64,000 nucleotides of DNA from Glaucostegus cemiculus (GCA_976551045.1 CDPCPM010000387.1:620001-684000), one strand, 5' to 3'. Counted from the first letter of the stretch, positions 12,905-25,799 are shown. Numbers and translations are program-made. Notes: generated by a model not told the origin, from the sequence alone.

Positions 12905-15320
12905 AAAAACAAAGAGGCAGTGCAAGTAGACTGAACATCAGGCATAATCATTGGAGAGAAAGATAGTTAATATTTCAGGACAGCTTTAATCATCCCTGAA
13001 AACAGATTTTGAGATGCAGAGAAATGGAGGAGGACAGAACAACGAAAGGTCTCAGAGTGGAATGACAGCAATTGTGTTAGTGCTAGATAACAGAGTACTG
13101 AGGAAGTGAAAGAGCAGAATGATGATCTGAAATTACATAAGGAATTTCAATTGAATGCCATAAATCTGAAAAGAAAATGCAGCAATAACACATCTCCAAA
13201 ATTGTCAGCTCAGTGTTGAGTTTAGACATCTCTTGCACGACTGGACAAAAGGTAAGTTACTTTTTGTGAACTTAGATTGAATTATATTGAAACAATTCAG
13301 GAGGTTCAATAAAGACAGAGCAATCAGAATGAGGTGGGGCAGTGAAGTAAGCGGTGACAAGAAGCCTGGAGTCATGCTTGCACACTAATTGGAGGTGTTC
13401 TGCAAAGTGGCCACTCAACCTGCATTTGGCCTCCTCAGTATAGAACCACATGCTAGTATAACTCCAAATAAACTAGTGCTGTGTATTTGAAAAATTCACA
13501 TAACAGAGTTGAATAATTTTGCCCCAAAATTCTATGTATCCTCACCCTTATTGAGAAATTTGACTCCTGGCTTTTCAGTAGGATTTTCTTTTGCTCTAGA
13601 AGCCTTTTCTCAAGCATACCAAAGTACCCTCAAATCATAACAACAGTAGTGAAAAATGCAACCTTCATCTACCCAATGAAATGTACAGCTTCAGTAGTTT
13701 GAAAAGTAACTTTATTTAGTCTCAGGACAACTGTTTCCTCTGAAACTGTGCCATGTAAAGGTTCAGCATTCAAACTGCATTCTTTGTTCTTACTGAGATT
13801 TGTGGTCGCAATTAAATTATGAAGACTTCATTTGCTTTTCCTTCAGCGCACAGGAGCAGACACGCCAGGCAACTGCTCTCACCTACACCACAGGCATCCA
13901 ATAGTTACAAGCATCCATAGACTGCAATTGTGCCCTTTTTGGCAACCATCTGCCAGCAGCATCAAACTGCAGCTCTGGATGGTATATGTTGTGCTCTTGG
14001 ATAAAGAACATGGTTACTTTTCTTCATCAGCCTGCTGTTGGGTTCGACTGTTTTTAACATATATTAGTGTTTAATACCCCTCTACTGGCTGCACAAGGAA
14101 TGGCCACTTACTAGCTTATTGGTTCGTCTATCAGGTGAATATGTGGTTTTTTCATTGGTTGGTTTGGCCACAAGTATCTAATAGCTTTCCTGATTGGACT
14201 ATTGTTAGCTAAAGAGCATCTCTTATCTCAGGTATAAAAGGTGTTGCTTTATGTTAATCTCTCTCTTTCTCTTGCTAGTCTCCCCTGGCCTGAGTTTCAT
14301 CTTTTGTTCCCTTTGTCTCGGCTCATCAAAGCTAGTGCCATGTGCTCTGTGACTGTTTCTTTGTTTTAAACTTTTCCAATAAAACTTTGAAGCACAAATT
14401 GTTTTTATCTCACTCCTGGACTCCTAAAAGAACCTGTGGATTCGAAAATAACCAGATCCGACACTACTCAAGTCTCTCCAACTTCCTGGAAACACCCTCA
14501 CATTATGCCTTCACCATTACCCATACCCCCCTTCCTTCCTTCAATTCTTCACGACATCCATCCATTCATAACCAAGAATGTTTTCATTCAATTTTCAGGA
14601 TCTATGCATCTCTGACAAGGCCTACATTTATTGCCCATTGCTAATTGCTCTTGAAAAGGTGGTGGAGATCTGCCTTCTTGAACCACTGCAATCAATCTGC
14701 TGACGGTGCTTCCACGGTGCTTAATGTCAGGGAGTTCCAGGATTTAGACCACAGTAGCTGTAACAGCGTTGCATATATTCTGTCCATTTAAGAGTCAGCT
14801 GCAGAGATCACGCGTGAGGCCAAATGCTGGCAGTTCCAAAAACATCTGATAGATCGCCAGAGAATGCCACTGTCAGTTTCAGCATGGTATTATAAAGAGG
14901 AACCAAACATTGCTGTTCTGTGAATTTTAGAATTAAAGATATGAATCTTTGTGCAACTTTCACAAATAGCATTGTTGTGACACATTTAAAAAAAAGAATT
15001 TCTGGCAGCATGTCCAGAGCAGCAAATACAGTACACTAACTTGAAAGAAGTGCAGGTAAATCACTGCTTCACAGGGAAAGTGTGTTTGGGGCTCTGAATG
15101 GGAAGAAGACAAGAAGACTCAACTAGTGGTGGTGGAGGTTGAGGCAAATGATCCTCTGGGTGTGAAGGCTAGTAATGAGGACATATACATTCTGTTCTGG
15201 TCCTGAGAGTGGGAGAATAGGTGGGAACAGAAAATAGAGCAATCATAACAAAAGGACTGTCAACAGTGGTGGTTCCCTCTCAAAGACCAAAGCAAATTGT
15301 ACTCCAAAATGTCATGGCCT
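12905..15320 (-). mobile_element. Decayed Penelope-like element (12905-13450 and 15020-15320) interrupted by nested insertions
   Basis: Both segments resemble the Penelope remnant at 51400-52580. Segment 1 ends …ctcaacctgcatttggcctcctcagtatag and segment 2 resumes …aagtgcaggtaaatcactgcttcac…; the LTR-like element and a LINE fragment (14600-14780) lie between them. Confidence 0.5.
13987..14465 (+). mobile_element. Solo-LTR-like element with promoter architecture
   Basis: ATTGG at 14118, 14154 and 14193; TATAAAA at 14233-14239; pyrimidine tract; AATAAA at 14378-14383. This is the U3-R order of an LTR. Ends are approximate and no clear target-site duplication (TSD) was seen. Confidence 0.5.
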
Positions 15321-17689
15321 TGATATATTTGTTAAGAAATGGGTTTGTACTTGCAGTTTCCCTGCTTGATGAGTTCATGATAAAAGTTGTCCCATTGGGG
15401 AACACACAGTAGAGAGTAAACACCTCAGTCTCTAAGGTTAAGTTAAATACCATGCTCTGAGTTTCCTAGAAACCTAGTAATTTCATAGCTACTACTGATA
15501 CTAACTATTTGATTCCAGATTATTTAATTTACTGAAATTTAATTCCCCATTTTTTGTGGTGAGACTTGAATTTGTGTCTCTAAGGCATTTATCCAAGCCT
15601 CTGGTTTACAACTCCATTAATTTAAATGCTGTGGTCGATGCTGTTTCACATCCATAGGTTCCTAGAATTGGAAATTTCACTTTTGTTTTGTGGAACGTTC
15701 TTGTTCTGAACCTTCATTATCTCCTCCACTGGCAGTAATGCCAACTATTTATTAATTTGTTAATTTAGAGAAAAAAATCCAATTCCAGCTTGATTACTTA
15801 AATATTCACACTCTGATTCATGATCATTGCAAATTTTTCTGGATGGACAAATCACTGTGGTTCCAAGTCCCTGAAGATTCTATCACCCAGCACCTTGCGA
15901 TGTAGGGTTAGAAAACTGGAAGACAGCTTTTATATCAAATCCAAATGAGGTCCAGAAAAATTATAGGCTAGTACTTCCAAAAGTGCGCAGGATTCTGATT
16001 TTGTGCTGTAAAGAAAACCTTGTTTTTCTTTGCTGCATTTGGTTCTCTTGTCTTTTCTATCATTTATGGTAGTTTCACGCCAACATGAAGTTCATACTTA
16101 ATAATTCTTCTTTGGCTTGTTTAAGCAAGTTCTTGTATAGTTTACTGTTGCTGCTTTTTTTTGTCACTATTGTGATCTTCATTTTCATTCTTAGTCTCTT
16201 CCAGTCCTTAAGTCGTTAGATCGTTCACATCATAATTCATTACATTCCAACAGTTTCTGATTTTAAAAAAGTTACCATGGCACTTGATTCAAAACACTCA
16301 CCAAGACATTAGCAAAGTGTTTCACTGCCACTCAATCAAGACGACTGCCAAGAAACTCTTGACCATTAAATCAGAAAGAAACCCTTGAAACTTCTTAGTA
16401 AATGGAAGGTCAAACGCTAGGTCATTTGCAGCTTGAATTTATTTAAATATCTTTGAGATTTTACAGAGGTGCTTTCAGAAGTTGTTTGTAAATGAGATTG
16501 GCAGATGTGGGCAAATGGAGAAAGTTTTTTCTGCAATACTGATGAATTCAGATCAGTTGAGAAAACATTGCAGGTATAATTGTGTCTTTGCTGAAGGGAT
16601 AATAACTTCATGCTAAAGAAAACAATCTTTGAAATATCGATAACCAGATATAATGTTTAGAAGTAGAAACAAATTGCGTAGAGTTCATAATAGAGTGAAT
16701 TAATCACAGTGTGGAAGAAATTAATTTGATAGGTCAAATTGTCTTATACCACAACTTATCATGTTCTTCACAGTAATGCAGACTTATAGGGGATGACTTT
16801 TCTTGAAATTACTCCTTCCCCAGTAGTAAACTCAGCAGATGTTTCCACGTGTAAATGAGGTTTCCACTTAACTGTTGGAGTGGCAGATTAAGAAATACTC
16901 TGACTTGTTTGTATTTTATTCTTAAAGTTCACTCTTATTGAAATAATTTGATGTTGGTAGCTTGAAGATGAGGGTATTTTCTGCTGTGCATTCATTAACC
17001 AGTCATTATGTATATCCCTTTTGAACTTCAGTAAATCATTATAAAAGTAAGGACTTCTTTAAAAGGAAAAATTGAGGTGATGTGGGTTGACATAGAAACA
17101 TTTAATGAAGCCCCTCCATGATAAAAGAAGGCAGGTTCTCTTTCAATATTTGTGAATATCATAACAGTTAGTTCAGGGAACCCAATTAGAACATTAGCAA
17201 GCAGTAAGAAAAAGCCCCTTGCAGTTGTTACTTTTATTGCCTTAAATGAGAAGATTCTCTGGTATGGAGCATGTGGATGGGCGGTGGGCGAAATGAGGGT
17301 GAAAGGAGGACAGGTAAATTCTTACAGATAGCTATATCTTTGCTTCAAAATTGTTATAAAACTTTCCTATTCTGTTTTGTGATGTGCTGTTTCTCAATTA
17401 CACCAGAATTATAATTGAAACAAAATTAGTGTGGGTGACTATTGGGTTACAAGGATGCTTGCTTGAAATCGGCTCCCTAAATGTGAAAGTGGAGAACCTT
17501 TAAAACTCAGACAGAAATACTCAGAACTTTGACATACGTATTGCACTGAGTTGGACTAAGTTAATGAAGAACACACAAAATATTATAGTAAATTCACAGC
17601 ATTTTTGTGGATCCTGTGAGTTCCATAAAAAAAACTGCAATATATAAGCCCTAGATTGATTTTTGTCCCCAACTTCTCCCCTTCATCTC

Positions 17690-18200
17690 CCAATGCACCA
17701 TTAGACACATCCTGCAGACCAACTCACTGAGGGTTCAAATTATCACACATGATACCCCTAGCAGTTATTCTGCTAAACTCTGGGTGCATGTCACGAAAGT
17801 GAGAAGGTGCTTTTATTATGGTGGTTTTGCAATTATGAACATATTTTCTCCATTTCTTATAACTAATGGAATAAGGATCTTGAACATACTTCCAAATATT
17901 GTATGTAGACAAATAATGTAGCTCTTCCACATTGATAGATCATTTAAAATCCAGCTGCCATTTTCTCAAGGATACCTACATTTTCTGAAAGGAGGTCATT
18001 TTGATTCAAGTGTTTGAACATTGCAGAATTAATAAACTTATTCTTTTTTAATTTGATCTGAGTAGTGGCAGGCTTAAGTAATGTAATACTTTCAGGTATT
18101 GAGGGAATTTGAATACATTTTGCAAAGGTCACAGTTTGAATAGATTGCAGTTCTTCAGAAAGCAAATATGATTCTTTGGTTGTGAGAAAGCCCTACCAGA
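17690..18200 (-). mobile_element. Highly decayed CR1-type reverse transcriptase fragment
   Basis: cactgagggttcaaa…atacccctag…, catacttccaaa…tagctcttcca…, aaatccagctgcc: reverse complements of the VPQGSVLG, LELFE and YLDF regions. Confidence 0.45.
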
Positions 18201-19178
18201 TGTTATGCAGGATTTCTCTTTATTAGCTTCTGATTCTGTGTATATCCGGGCATCGTGGGGTTTGATTGAATGCTTTGTCTTTACAATAGAATGAAGATTA
18301 CAGGAATAATATTATTTAAAGATTATAGGGATTATAGAGAGATGTGAATGATTTTATTTTTATTAAGCGTCTAAGATAAAATCAGTTTATCATGATACAT
18401 TCAGTAACTTTAAGACTTTAACCAGCAATAAAGTTTAATGTTTTTTTTTGTGCTGACTTTTTTTTGCTACAGTTTTTAACACCTCTTTTGACCACTGTGT
18501 GCTATTCTTGATGAAGCCTGAATGGTACCGTGCTTAAGAATATGTAAATAATACCCAGGTTTTGAGAATGAGATACTTCATTTTATAATTAGCTAATTGG
18601 TTTGTGTTAATTTAGATGGTCATGATAGGTAATACATACACACGGCCACTTTTTGCATTTTATTCCCTGTTAAAATGTTGATCTATTTAGTAAGGTGATT
18701 AGTATTTTTTTATTTGGAAATTGAAAAAGCCAGATAGAAGTACTTAGTACTGTCAGTAGATTCAAAGTAGAAACGTAATATTAGACTGGGCTACTCCCAT
18801 GTGATTAGAAAGAATTGTGCACAAGAAAGATGACCTTGAAATGAACATTGAATAAAGATGTATTGCCATACTTCAGATGTTACTTTGGGAAGGGTAGATG
18901 ATGTACTTGCTCCCTTAAGAAAAAGAATAATAATTTTACATGTTTTCTTTCTTTACAAAAAAAATGTTTTTCTTCTCAAATACAGCCTATGTGTTCCAAC
19001 AAAAGATACTGTCTTCCCTGTGCAATTGACTAAGAAATACTCTTTGTAATAAGTAATAAGTAATCTTTACAAAAGTTAGCAGTGTAATTTTAAAATCTTG
19101 TTTCTCATAGTTTGACAGCAATTTTTAAACAAGTATTTGTTAAGTTTGATGCAGTTAACCTATGTTTTATTTTTTAAG

Positions 19179-20272
19179 TTCCTTCTATGGCTACATTTGC
19201 CTTTCTGGAAAATCTTGTCCAGTACTACAGATTCCATCTCTTGCAATCAGAAGCCGAAGAAAGAAGCACCTTGATACCTGTGCGACCTGACCAACAACAG
19301 CAACCTATGAAGGATAAGGTTCAACACAATTACCCTCAACATCCACCAAAACTGCTACACCTTCCACAACAGTATGAAAGTCAACATCCAGATGAACAAA
19401 TGACAGTGATTGAGCAGGTTTCAGAACCTAAACTGACGCAACAGAAGTCTTCAGAGCAAGAACTTAAAGTTGAGCAATGTGATGAAATTCTCGAACAACA
19501 ATATTATCCAGAGCGATCAAAACACCATTACCAGCAGAAAAACCTCAAAGAACAACTCAGTGAGGTGCCACAAAATAACAGCCAATGCCAACAGCATTTA
19601 ATGGTGGAGCACCATCCACTAGATGCCAATCAGTTGTCACATCTCCAGCAACAGTCACCACAACCGTTATCACATCTCCAGCAAAAGTCTCCACATCAAT
19701 TGTCACATCTCCAGCAACAGTCGCCACAGCAGTTATCACATCTCCAGCAAAAGTCTCCACACCAGTTGCCACATCTCCAACAACAACCGCCACAGCAGTT
19801 ATCACATCTCCAGCAACAGTCGCCACAACAGTTGCCACATCTCCAGCAACAGTCGCCACAACAGTTGCCACACCTCCAGCAACAGTCGCCACAACAGTTG
19901 CCACATCTCCAGCAACAGTCGCCACAACAGTTGCCACATCTCCAGCAACAGTCGCCACAACAGTTGCCACATCTCCAGCAACAATCACCTCACCAATTAT
20001 CACAGACGCAGCAGTCATCCCCACATCCACTGCCACAATCCCAGCAGCAACAACCTGACCAAAAGGCATTTTTATGGCAGCAAGAAAATCTACAGCCATT
20101 GCCACCACCACCAACGTCACAACCACAGCATCAGCTTCCTCATTATCAATGCCCTTCACTGCAGGAACCTCCACATCTCCAACATAAGTTGCAGCCTTCA
20201 ACTTTCAAAGATATTTGTCGTAATCTGAAAGCAGTAGCTGCTCGTAAACGTATGCGGCAGAATCAGCCATCG
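19179..20272 (+). CDS. Putative alternative exon A of the PRDM11 locus: Q/P/H-rich low-complexity region with 11-aa repeats
   Basis: Acceptor tatgttttattttttaAG|tt at 19177-19178; phase 1 matches the 3307 donor (…[17 protein letters not shown]…). 1094 nt open; donor ccatcg|GTaaga after 20272, phase 0. Corresponds to track ORF 19187-20290. Confidence 0.8.
19631..20059 (+). repeat. Coding 33-bp minisatellite: 11 good and 2 degenerate copies of ([11 protein letters not shown])
   Basis: Unit cagttgccacatctccagcaacagtcgccacaa read directly; copies 7-10 are almost identical. Confidence 0.97.
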
Positions 20273-20661
20273 GTAAGAACTATCACTTGATACAATGATT
20301 CTTTATATTGATTGGCTAGTTTTATTCGGATGAGGATGAATCAAATGAAAAGTGCTGTTTACCAACTTGAAATTGTTATATGTATAATTACTATGAATGA
20401 GAATCCAAATGATAAAATTGTTTTCTCAGAAAAGATATAAGGCTGTGACAATTAATTATCATCTGTGCATGCATGGATATGAATAAGTGAAAGATGTTGA
20501 GACCACCTGACCAACTTTAGTTATGTAAAGAGGTGTCAGAAGCTATAATTGCTCTCCTTAGAACAGAGAAGGGTAAGGGGGTATTCAATGGAGATGTTGA
20601 AAGTTGAGGTGCTTTCAGAGCACAGTTGAAAAAAACTTTCTATTAATAGTTGGGATGGTAA

Positions 20662-20979
20662 CTAGAACATAGAACATAGAAAAAACGCAGCACAATTCAG
20701 GCCCTTCTGCCCACAAAGCTGTGCCGAACATGTCCCTACACTAGAAATTACTGGGCATTCCATAGCCTTCTATTTTACTTCACTCCATGTACCTGTCTAA
20801 CAGTCTTTTGAAAGACCCTATTGTATCCGCCTCCACCACTGCTTCTGGCAGCCTATTCCACGCACTCACCACTCTCTGAGTAAAAAACTTTCCCCTGACA
20901 TCTCCTCTATATCTACTCCCCAGCACCTTAAACCTATGTCCTCTTATGGCCACCATTTCAGCCCTGGGGAAAAGCTAGA
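20662..20979 (-). mobile_element. Young 5'-truncated CR1 3' end with CTAGA TSD, nested in an older + strand CR1 fragment (about 20540-21245)
   Basis: (AGAACAT)n tail at 20664-20680; CTAGA at 20662-20666 and 20975-20979; removing the insert restores ggtaactagagggtataaatttaatgtgattggc. Confidence 0.85.
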
Positions 20980-21685
20980 GGGTATAAATTTAATGTGATT
21001 GGCAAATGGACCTCTGCAAGTGTAGCATGGTGAAGGGGGGTAGGGATGGTGATGAGAAATATTTTGCTCTGTCAGTTATAAAGATTGTGAATTTTTTGCA
21101 AGAGAAAGGCAGATCTAGATTCAATTATAACTTTCAAAATGAAATTGCCTATATATTTGTGAAAGAGATTTTCATGTTTATGGGAAAAGAGCTGGTAGCT
21201 TCACGATAAATTGGGTGCTTTCTGTGCTCTTTGATTCTATGATTTAAATACAATAGATCGAATAGACCTGGGACTTAAACGGTGTCAGGAAAGTATTCTA
21301 AAAGTTATCACTATGAAATGTCAAGCCATATTAAATTCAAATTAATGGATTAAATTAATTAAAAGAAATAAATTCTACAAAAGGCTTAACATGCATTTTA
21401 ATATCAACTTGGTCTTGAGCACTCACTACTGCTCAATGATTGTGCCAATAATATTGAAGCAAGGCACATTGACCAAAAAATATCAGGTTTGAGACTTCAG
21501 TGGCTAATCTGGGGTACTGGATGTGCTGCTTAAATTACCACGTGGACTGCCATGGTTCCATGAAAGTGATTCAGCTACACTATATACCAAGGATAATTAA
21601 GGAAAGTAATGGCCCATGCTTCTGAAGAATCAAAAAAATAAGCCACAAACTCTCTAATAGAGAATGGGTATACCCAGTACAACTA

Positions 21686-21699
21686 CCACTAGAGGGCAG
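21686..21699 (+). promoter_or_regulatory. CTCF consensus motif
   Basis: CCACTAGAGGGCAG matches the core consensus CCASYAGRKGGCRS at every position. Confidence 0.55.
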
Positions 21700-23202
21700 T
21701 CAGTGATTTTGTTGGACTTGTATTGCCTATAGTTGAAGCCCAGTGTAGGAGCAGAGTAAGGTCCTGTTACTTGAAGAAACTTGTAATGACATAGTCTCTA
21801 AGGCCATATTGTTAATAATGCTCTTTTAAGTAAGATACCAAGGAAGAGATGGGTGCATCAGTGTTTATGGAACCATATTTTTTGTATGATACGCTTTTCA
21901 GGAAGTGTGGCTGAAAGAAGAAAATAGGGAATTGACTAGAAACTTGTGCACAGCAGGTCACAAAGGATTAGATTTAAATAGTGATCAAAATAATTATTAG
22001 GGAATACAGATGGAAGTAAAAATAATCAAGGCTTTTAATTGTTTTTAGCCTCCCTGAAACAGTTTTCTTTGGCATGTTGATGTTAAGAACTATCTGGTCT
22101 TGAACTTAACTCTTTGAGGGATGCAATAATATCTTAACATTTTAGAAAATGAGACTGAAAGATGAGAGAGGAGAATACCAGGTGTACAAGAATGTGGAAA
22201 GAAGAATAGCTTTGAATAAAGAGCAATTTAGAGATCATAAGGATCAGACATGGGATAATACAAGGCAGATGAGTTTAGAGTCTGAGGCCTAGGAAATATA
22301 AGTACACTATGTGCATGGTGTGCCAATCACCATTTGTTCTTGGACCCACTGTTGCAAACCAGGTCTAAGGTGCAACTGGTCTGGTGTTGTGCTTTTCCTT
22401 TTAGTACTGTGGAACCTGTGAAGGAAAAATAAGAGAGTTCAGGAAAGGAAGTTTTAAAGGAAATTCATAATTTAAACAGTGCAGATAAGTAAAATAAGCC
22501 CATTACTTCAAAGCAATCCAAAAAAGTTAACATAAGGGGCGTAACAGATCTTAATAAATAGTTAATGCAAAACAGATATCTAGAGGAACATGTTTGCTCA
22601 AATCATAAATGCTTGTAATTGTCTGAGAAGATAGAATGTCTAAAAAATGTTTAAGTTAATACAGTAGTGGAATTGAGTTTTGTTTTGTTCCATTAACACA
22701 AAATTCTAGCAATTGATTTGTTCTTCAAAGGGATGAATATTGATTGACCATTCGGCCGTATTTCATCTCTGACTTTTTTGGGGATTGTTTCTTAATCATG
22801 AGTTCAGATTTCTGACTTTTCATTTTTAATTTCATTTTCTTCTTCACTCTTTTTAACAGCTGCACTGCCATCAGTCCATGTCATTATCAGGAAAACAAAG
22901 CTTTCAGAACAGGGAGCAAGGGAGTTAAAATTTTTAGATTTCAAGACTTAAAATCTGGGAGGAGTTGATGAGAATGTGGGAACATAAATGGAATTATTAC
23001 AGGATTGGTGTAAGTGGGTGGTTGATGGTGGGTGCAGACTTTGTTGGATGATATCTCTGTATGACTCTATGACAAAAGTTATTGCCAATGCATGTATCAA
23101 GTCACCCCTTGATGGAGATTTTATATATTCCTTTTAATCACTGCATGTTATTGGTAATAAATACAAGCTTCTGGCTGGGTCTGTTGCTTTACATTTGGGT
23201 AT

Positions 23203-23285
23203 TGTTAGTTACCTATACCAGTCTTTGTTTAGTTACCTGGTAACTGGTTAGTTACCTATACCAGTTACCTATACCTATACCTAGT
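23203..23285. repeat. Short irregular tandem repeat (agttacctatacc)
   Basis: ttagttacctataccagt recurs, with partial copies, four times. Confidence 0.75.
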
Positions 23286-23479
23286 GGTTTGTTAATCTCA
23301 CACGAAAACAGATCCGAAGTGTGGACAAAAGGAAAGCAGCTAATGAGGTAATCATCATTCATCTGAGGTGATTGTGCAGGTGGGAGAAGTGCTGGCCACA
23401 TTTAATAGGGCACAGAAGTAGAATTAAATAGAGGTGTACAGTGGGAAAACATCCAGGAATTCTGCATCTGTCCCAATCT

Positions 23480-24125
23480 GCCCATGGTCATTCTGGTGTG
23501 AGTGTGCACTCAGGTTGTGATGCATCAGATTAAGGTAATTAGTTTCTGAGGAAACACAGAAAGCCAGCACACAAGTGTAGCAGATAATAGGGAAGACTAA
23601 TGGCTAATGTTAGTCCTTATTTCAAGGGGGTTGGAGTATAAAGATGGAGAAGTCTTACTGCAACTGCCAAAGGTGCTAGTAAGACCATATCTAGAATACT
23701 GTGAACAATTTTTGTCCCCAAACTTAAAGAAAGATATTTCATTGGAGGTGGTGTAAAGAAGATTCACTGGCATGATCCCGAGTGTAAAGGGGTTGTCCTA
23801 AAAGGAAAGGTTAAGTGCTTGGGACTTTACTCATTGGAATTGAGAAGTATGAGAGGTGATCTTATTGAAACATCTTAGGGGGCTAGATGGGATAAAAGTT
23901 GAGAAGATGTTTCTCTCTAGAGTGCCGTGAGTCTTTGGAACAGAGAGCTGTGGGGCAAAGTCCTTTTGTATACTTAAGGCTGAGATATATTTCTAATCAG
24001 TAAAGTAATCAAAGGTTATAGGTAAAAGGCAAGAAAGCGGATGAGAATTCTTTTGAATGGCAGAGCAGATATGAGAGGCTGAATGGCTACTTCTCTTCCT
24101 ACTTCTTAGTCTCTTGTGGTCTTAA
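23480..24125 (+). mobile_element. CR1 LINE ORF2 3' fragment
   Basis: Decayed GLEYKDGEVLLQL..VLVRPYLEYCEQF..P and LYSLELRSMRGDLIET motifs; CR1 tail …ggctgaatggctacttctcttcctacttctt. Confidence 0.85.
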
Positions 24126-24578
24126 AGATTTCAATATACATTTTAATAAAGTGCTTCCTTATGTCATGGTTTTGGATCTACCGGAGGCATTACCATGTCC
24201 CTCAAGTCAGCGTGCATTTTTATTTCAGGGTCACAGAAGCTATAATGTCTCTGGCAGAATGTAGTAGACTGTTTTTGTAAGTCCCTCTGACAATGGCAGT
24301 AGTGAGGAGGGAGCAATAGACTCTGCAGTGGAATCGGAAATCCAACACTGGGGATTTATTCTCCAAATTGTAGCTGCAGGGTTATGTTAGCACAGCAAAA
24401 ATTTGTGCCATTGGCTCATTTGTCTCATACTCCAACATGCACACTATTTAGTTTGCATGTCCTTAAGAAATAATTGAAATTTGTTAAGGTACAGCCTGGT
24501 TGGACTTATGTAATTAAGTGCACATTTTTGTTTCTATATACTGTGTTCTATAATGTTTCTTGTTGTTTGTATTAAAAG

Positions 24579-24801
24579 GAAGGTGTACAGCCTGGCTCTG
24601 GGATTTCGGTCAGCTGCCTTAATTTAAATTTCATAAGTCCTGCTGAGAGGAGTGACCCAAGCAAACTTACAAGAGCTCTGCTGGAATACTTTTACACTGA
24701 ACAACATCTGGCTTCACATTGTGCTCGAGGCAAAGGCAAAAACAGTGGGTTCAACATGTCCAGACCAGCTCTTGATCCAGATGTTGTGGATGCAATCAAA
24801 G
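24579..24801 (+). CDS. Putative alternative exon B: N-terminal two-thirds of a BEN domain (not in the ORF track)
   Basis: Acceptor tttcttgttgtttgtattaaaAG|gaa at 24577-24578, phase 0; 223 nt open; donor aaaG|GTacac after 24801, phase 1. Manual translation: EGVQPGSGISVSCLNLNFISPAERSDPSKLTRALLEYFYTEQHLASHCARGKGKNSGFNMSRPALDPDVVDAIK, carrying the BEN hallmarks (helix LL..F..E.LA, G.GK loop, PALDP..V..IK). Confidence 0.85.
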
Positions 24802-25799
24802 GTACACTACACCTCATTTATCTAAAATGTCAGTCATGGTCATTTGTATAATGAAGCCACAAGGATTACTGAAGTAGCTAAGGGACAGTTTCAGTTTATT
24901 TAGTTAGTTACTTGCCTGCTTGATCTGTAGGTACTTCAAACTAATGTTTGTTCCCAAATATAAAAAAGATATTTCTAGAAAGTTCATTTGCTGACTTTGC
25001 CTATATATTTAAAATAGAATTAAAAATGTTAAAATGGAATAAGATTGAGAATACATCTCCAAAAAAAACAGCATATGCCGCTACTACCATTTTCATAACA
25101 GTGGGTGGGATGACAGTTCATTTGGGAGCTATTTATATTTAAGAACTGAACTCAGGAAATCTGATGCTGAATTAGAGACAGGCTGAAGTGCTTTTAGAAC
25201 TTGAAAGAATAGGAATCCTCCATTTGGCCCCTCTTTGGCCTCGCTCCTGCCACAATTCTTCAACCAAGCTTTTTCACAGTCACCTTTCACTGCTGGACTC
25301 TCTTGCCTTTCTCCACCAAACCTTGAACCTAAACCTGACCTTGCCTTTCTGATTGATGAGTTTGACTCCACCCATTAGGCTGTGATCTCTCCAAGTCGCC
25401 GCCTGTGGCCTCCTGTAGCTAGTTTTAAGGCAGATAGTGGCAAGTAATGGCACAAGAAAATTATGAAGTTCCATAAAATTTTAGAGCAGGGCTTCTGTGT
25501 CCCTGGGATTTCCACTTTCTTACCTGCCTCAAGAACAGTGTTCCACTACTCCCTCCTTGCCTTAAATAATGCCATAGTGTGGATAACTATAAATATAATA
25601 TCCCAAAGCCACAGGAATTGTAAAATTGTATTTACCCTCAGGAGAGTGAAAAAAGTACCAATGCAAGTGAACTACAACAGTGGCATTTCAGTATTTTCAT
25701 AAACCCGTAATCGATTTTAATTTAGTGGAAGGATTTGGATTGTAGGATTCTATGACTTGGAACTAACCAATAGAGAGCTACTTAATTGAAGCAGATGAT

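Noticed and set aside
19631-20059. CRISPR-like appearance of a regular ~33-bp repeat
   Set aside because: Head-to-tail units without unique spacers, in a vertebrate coding exon, with no cas genes.
19557-20228. Overlapping ORFs in other frames (T/A/V-rich mucin- or antifreeze-like, S/H/N-rich, and minus-strand V/A-rich)
   Set aside because: By-products of a stop-free 33-bp repeat; only the Q-rich frame extends well beyond the repeat on both sides and has matching splice sites.
25200-25600. Possible Harbinger/Myb-SANT transposon remnant (also about 27290-27900 and 53900-54130)
   Set aside because: Only a vague compositional and motif resemblance; the family cannot be supported without a repeat-library search.
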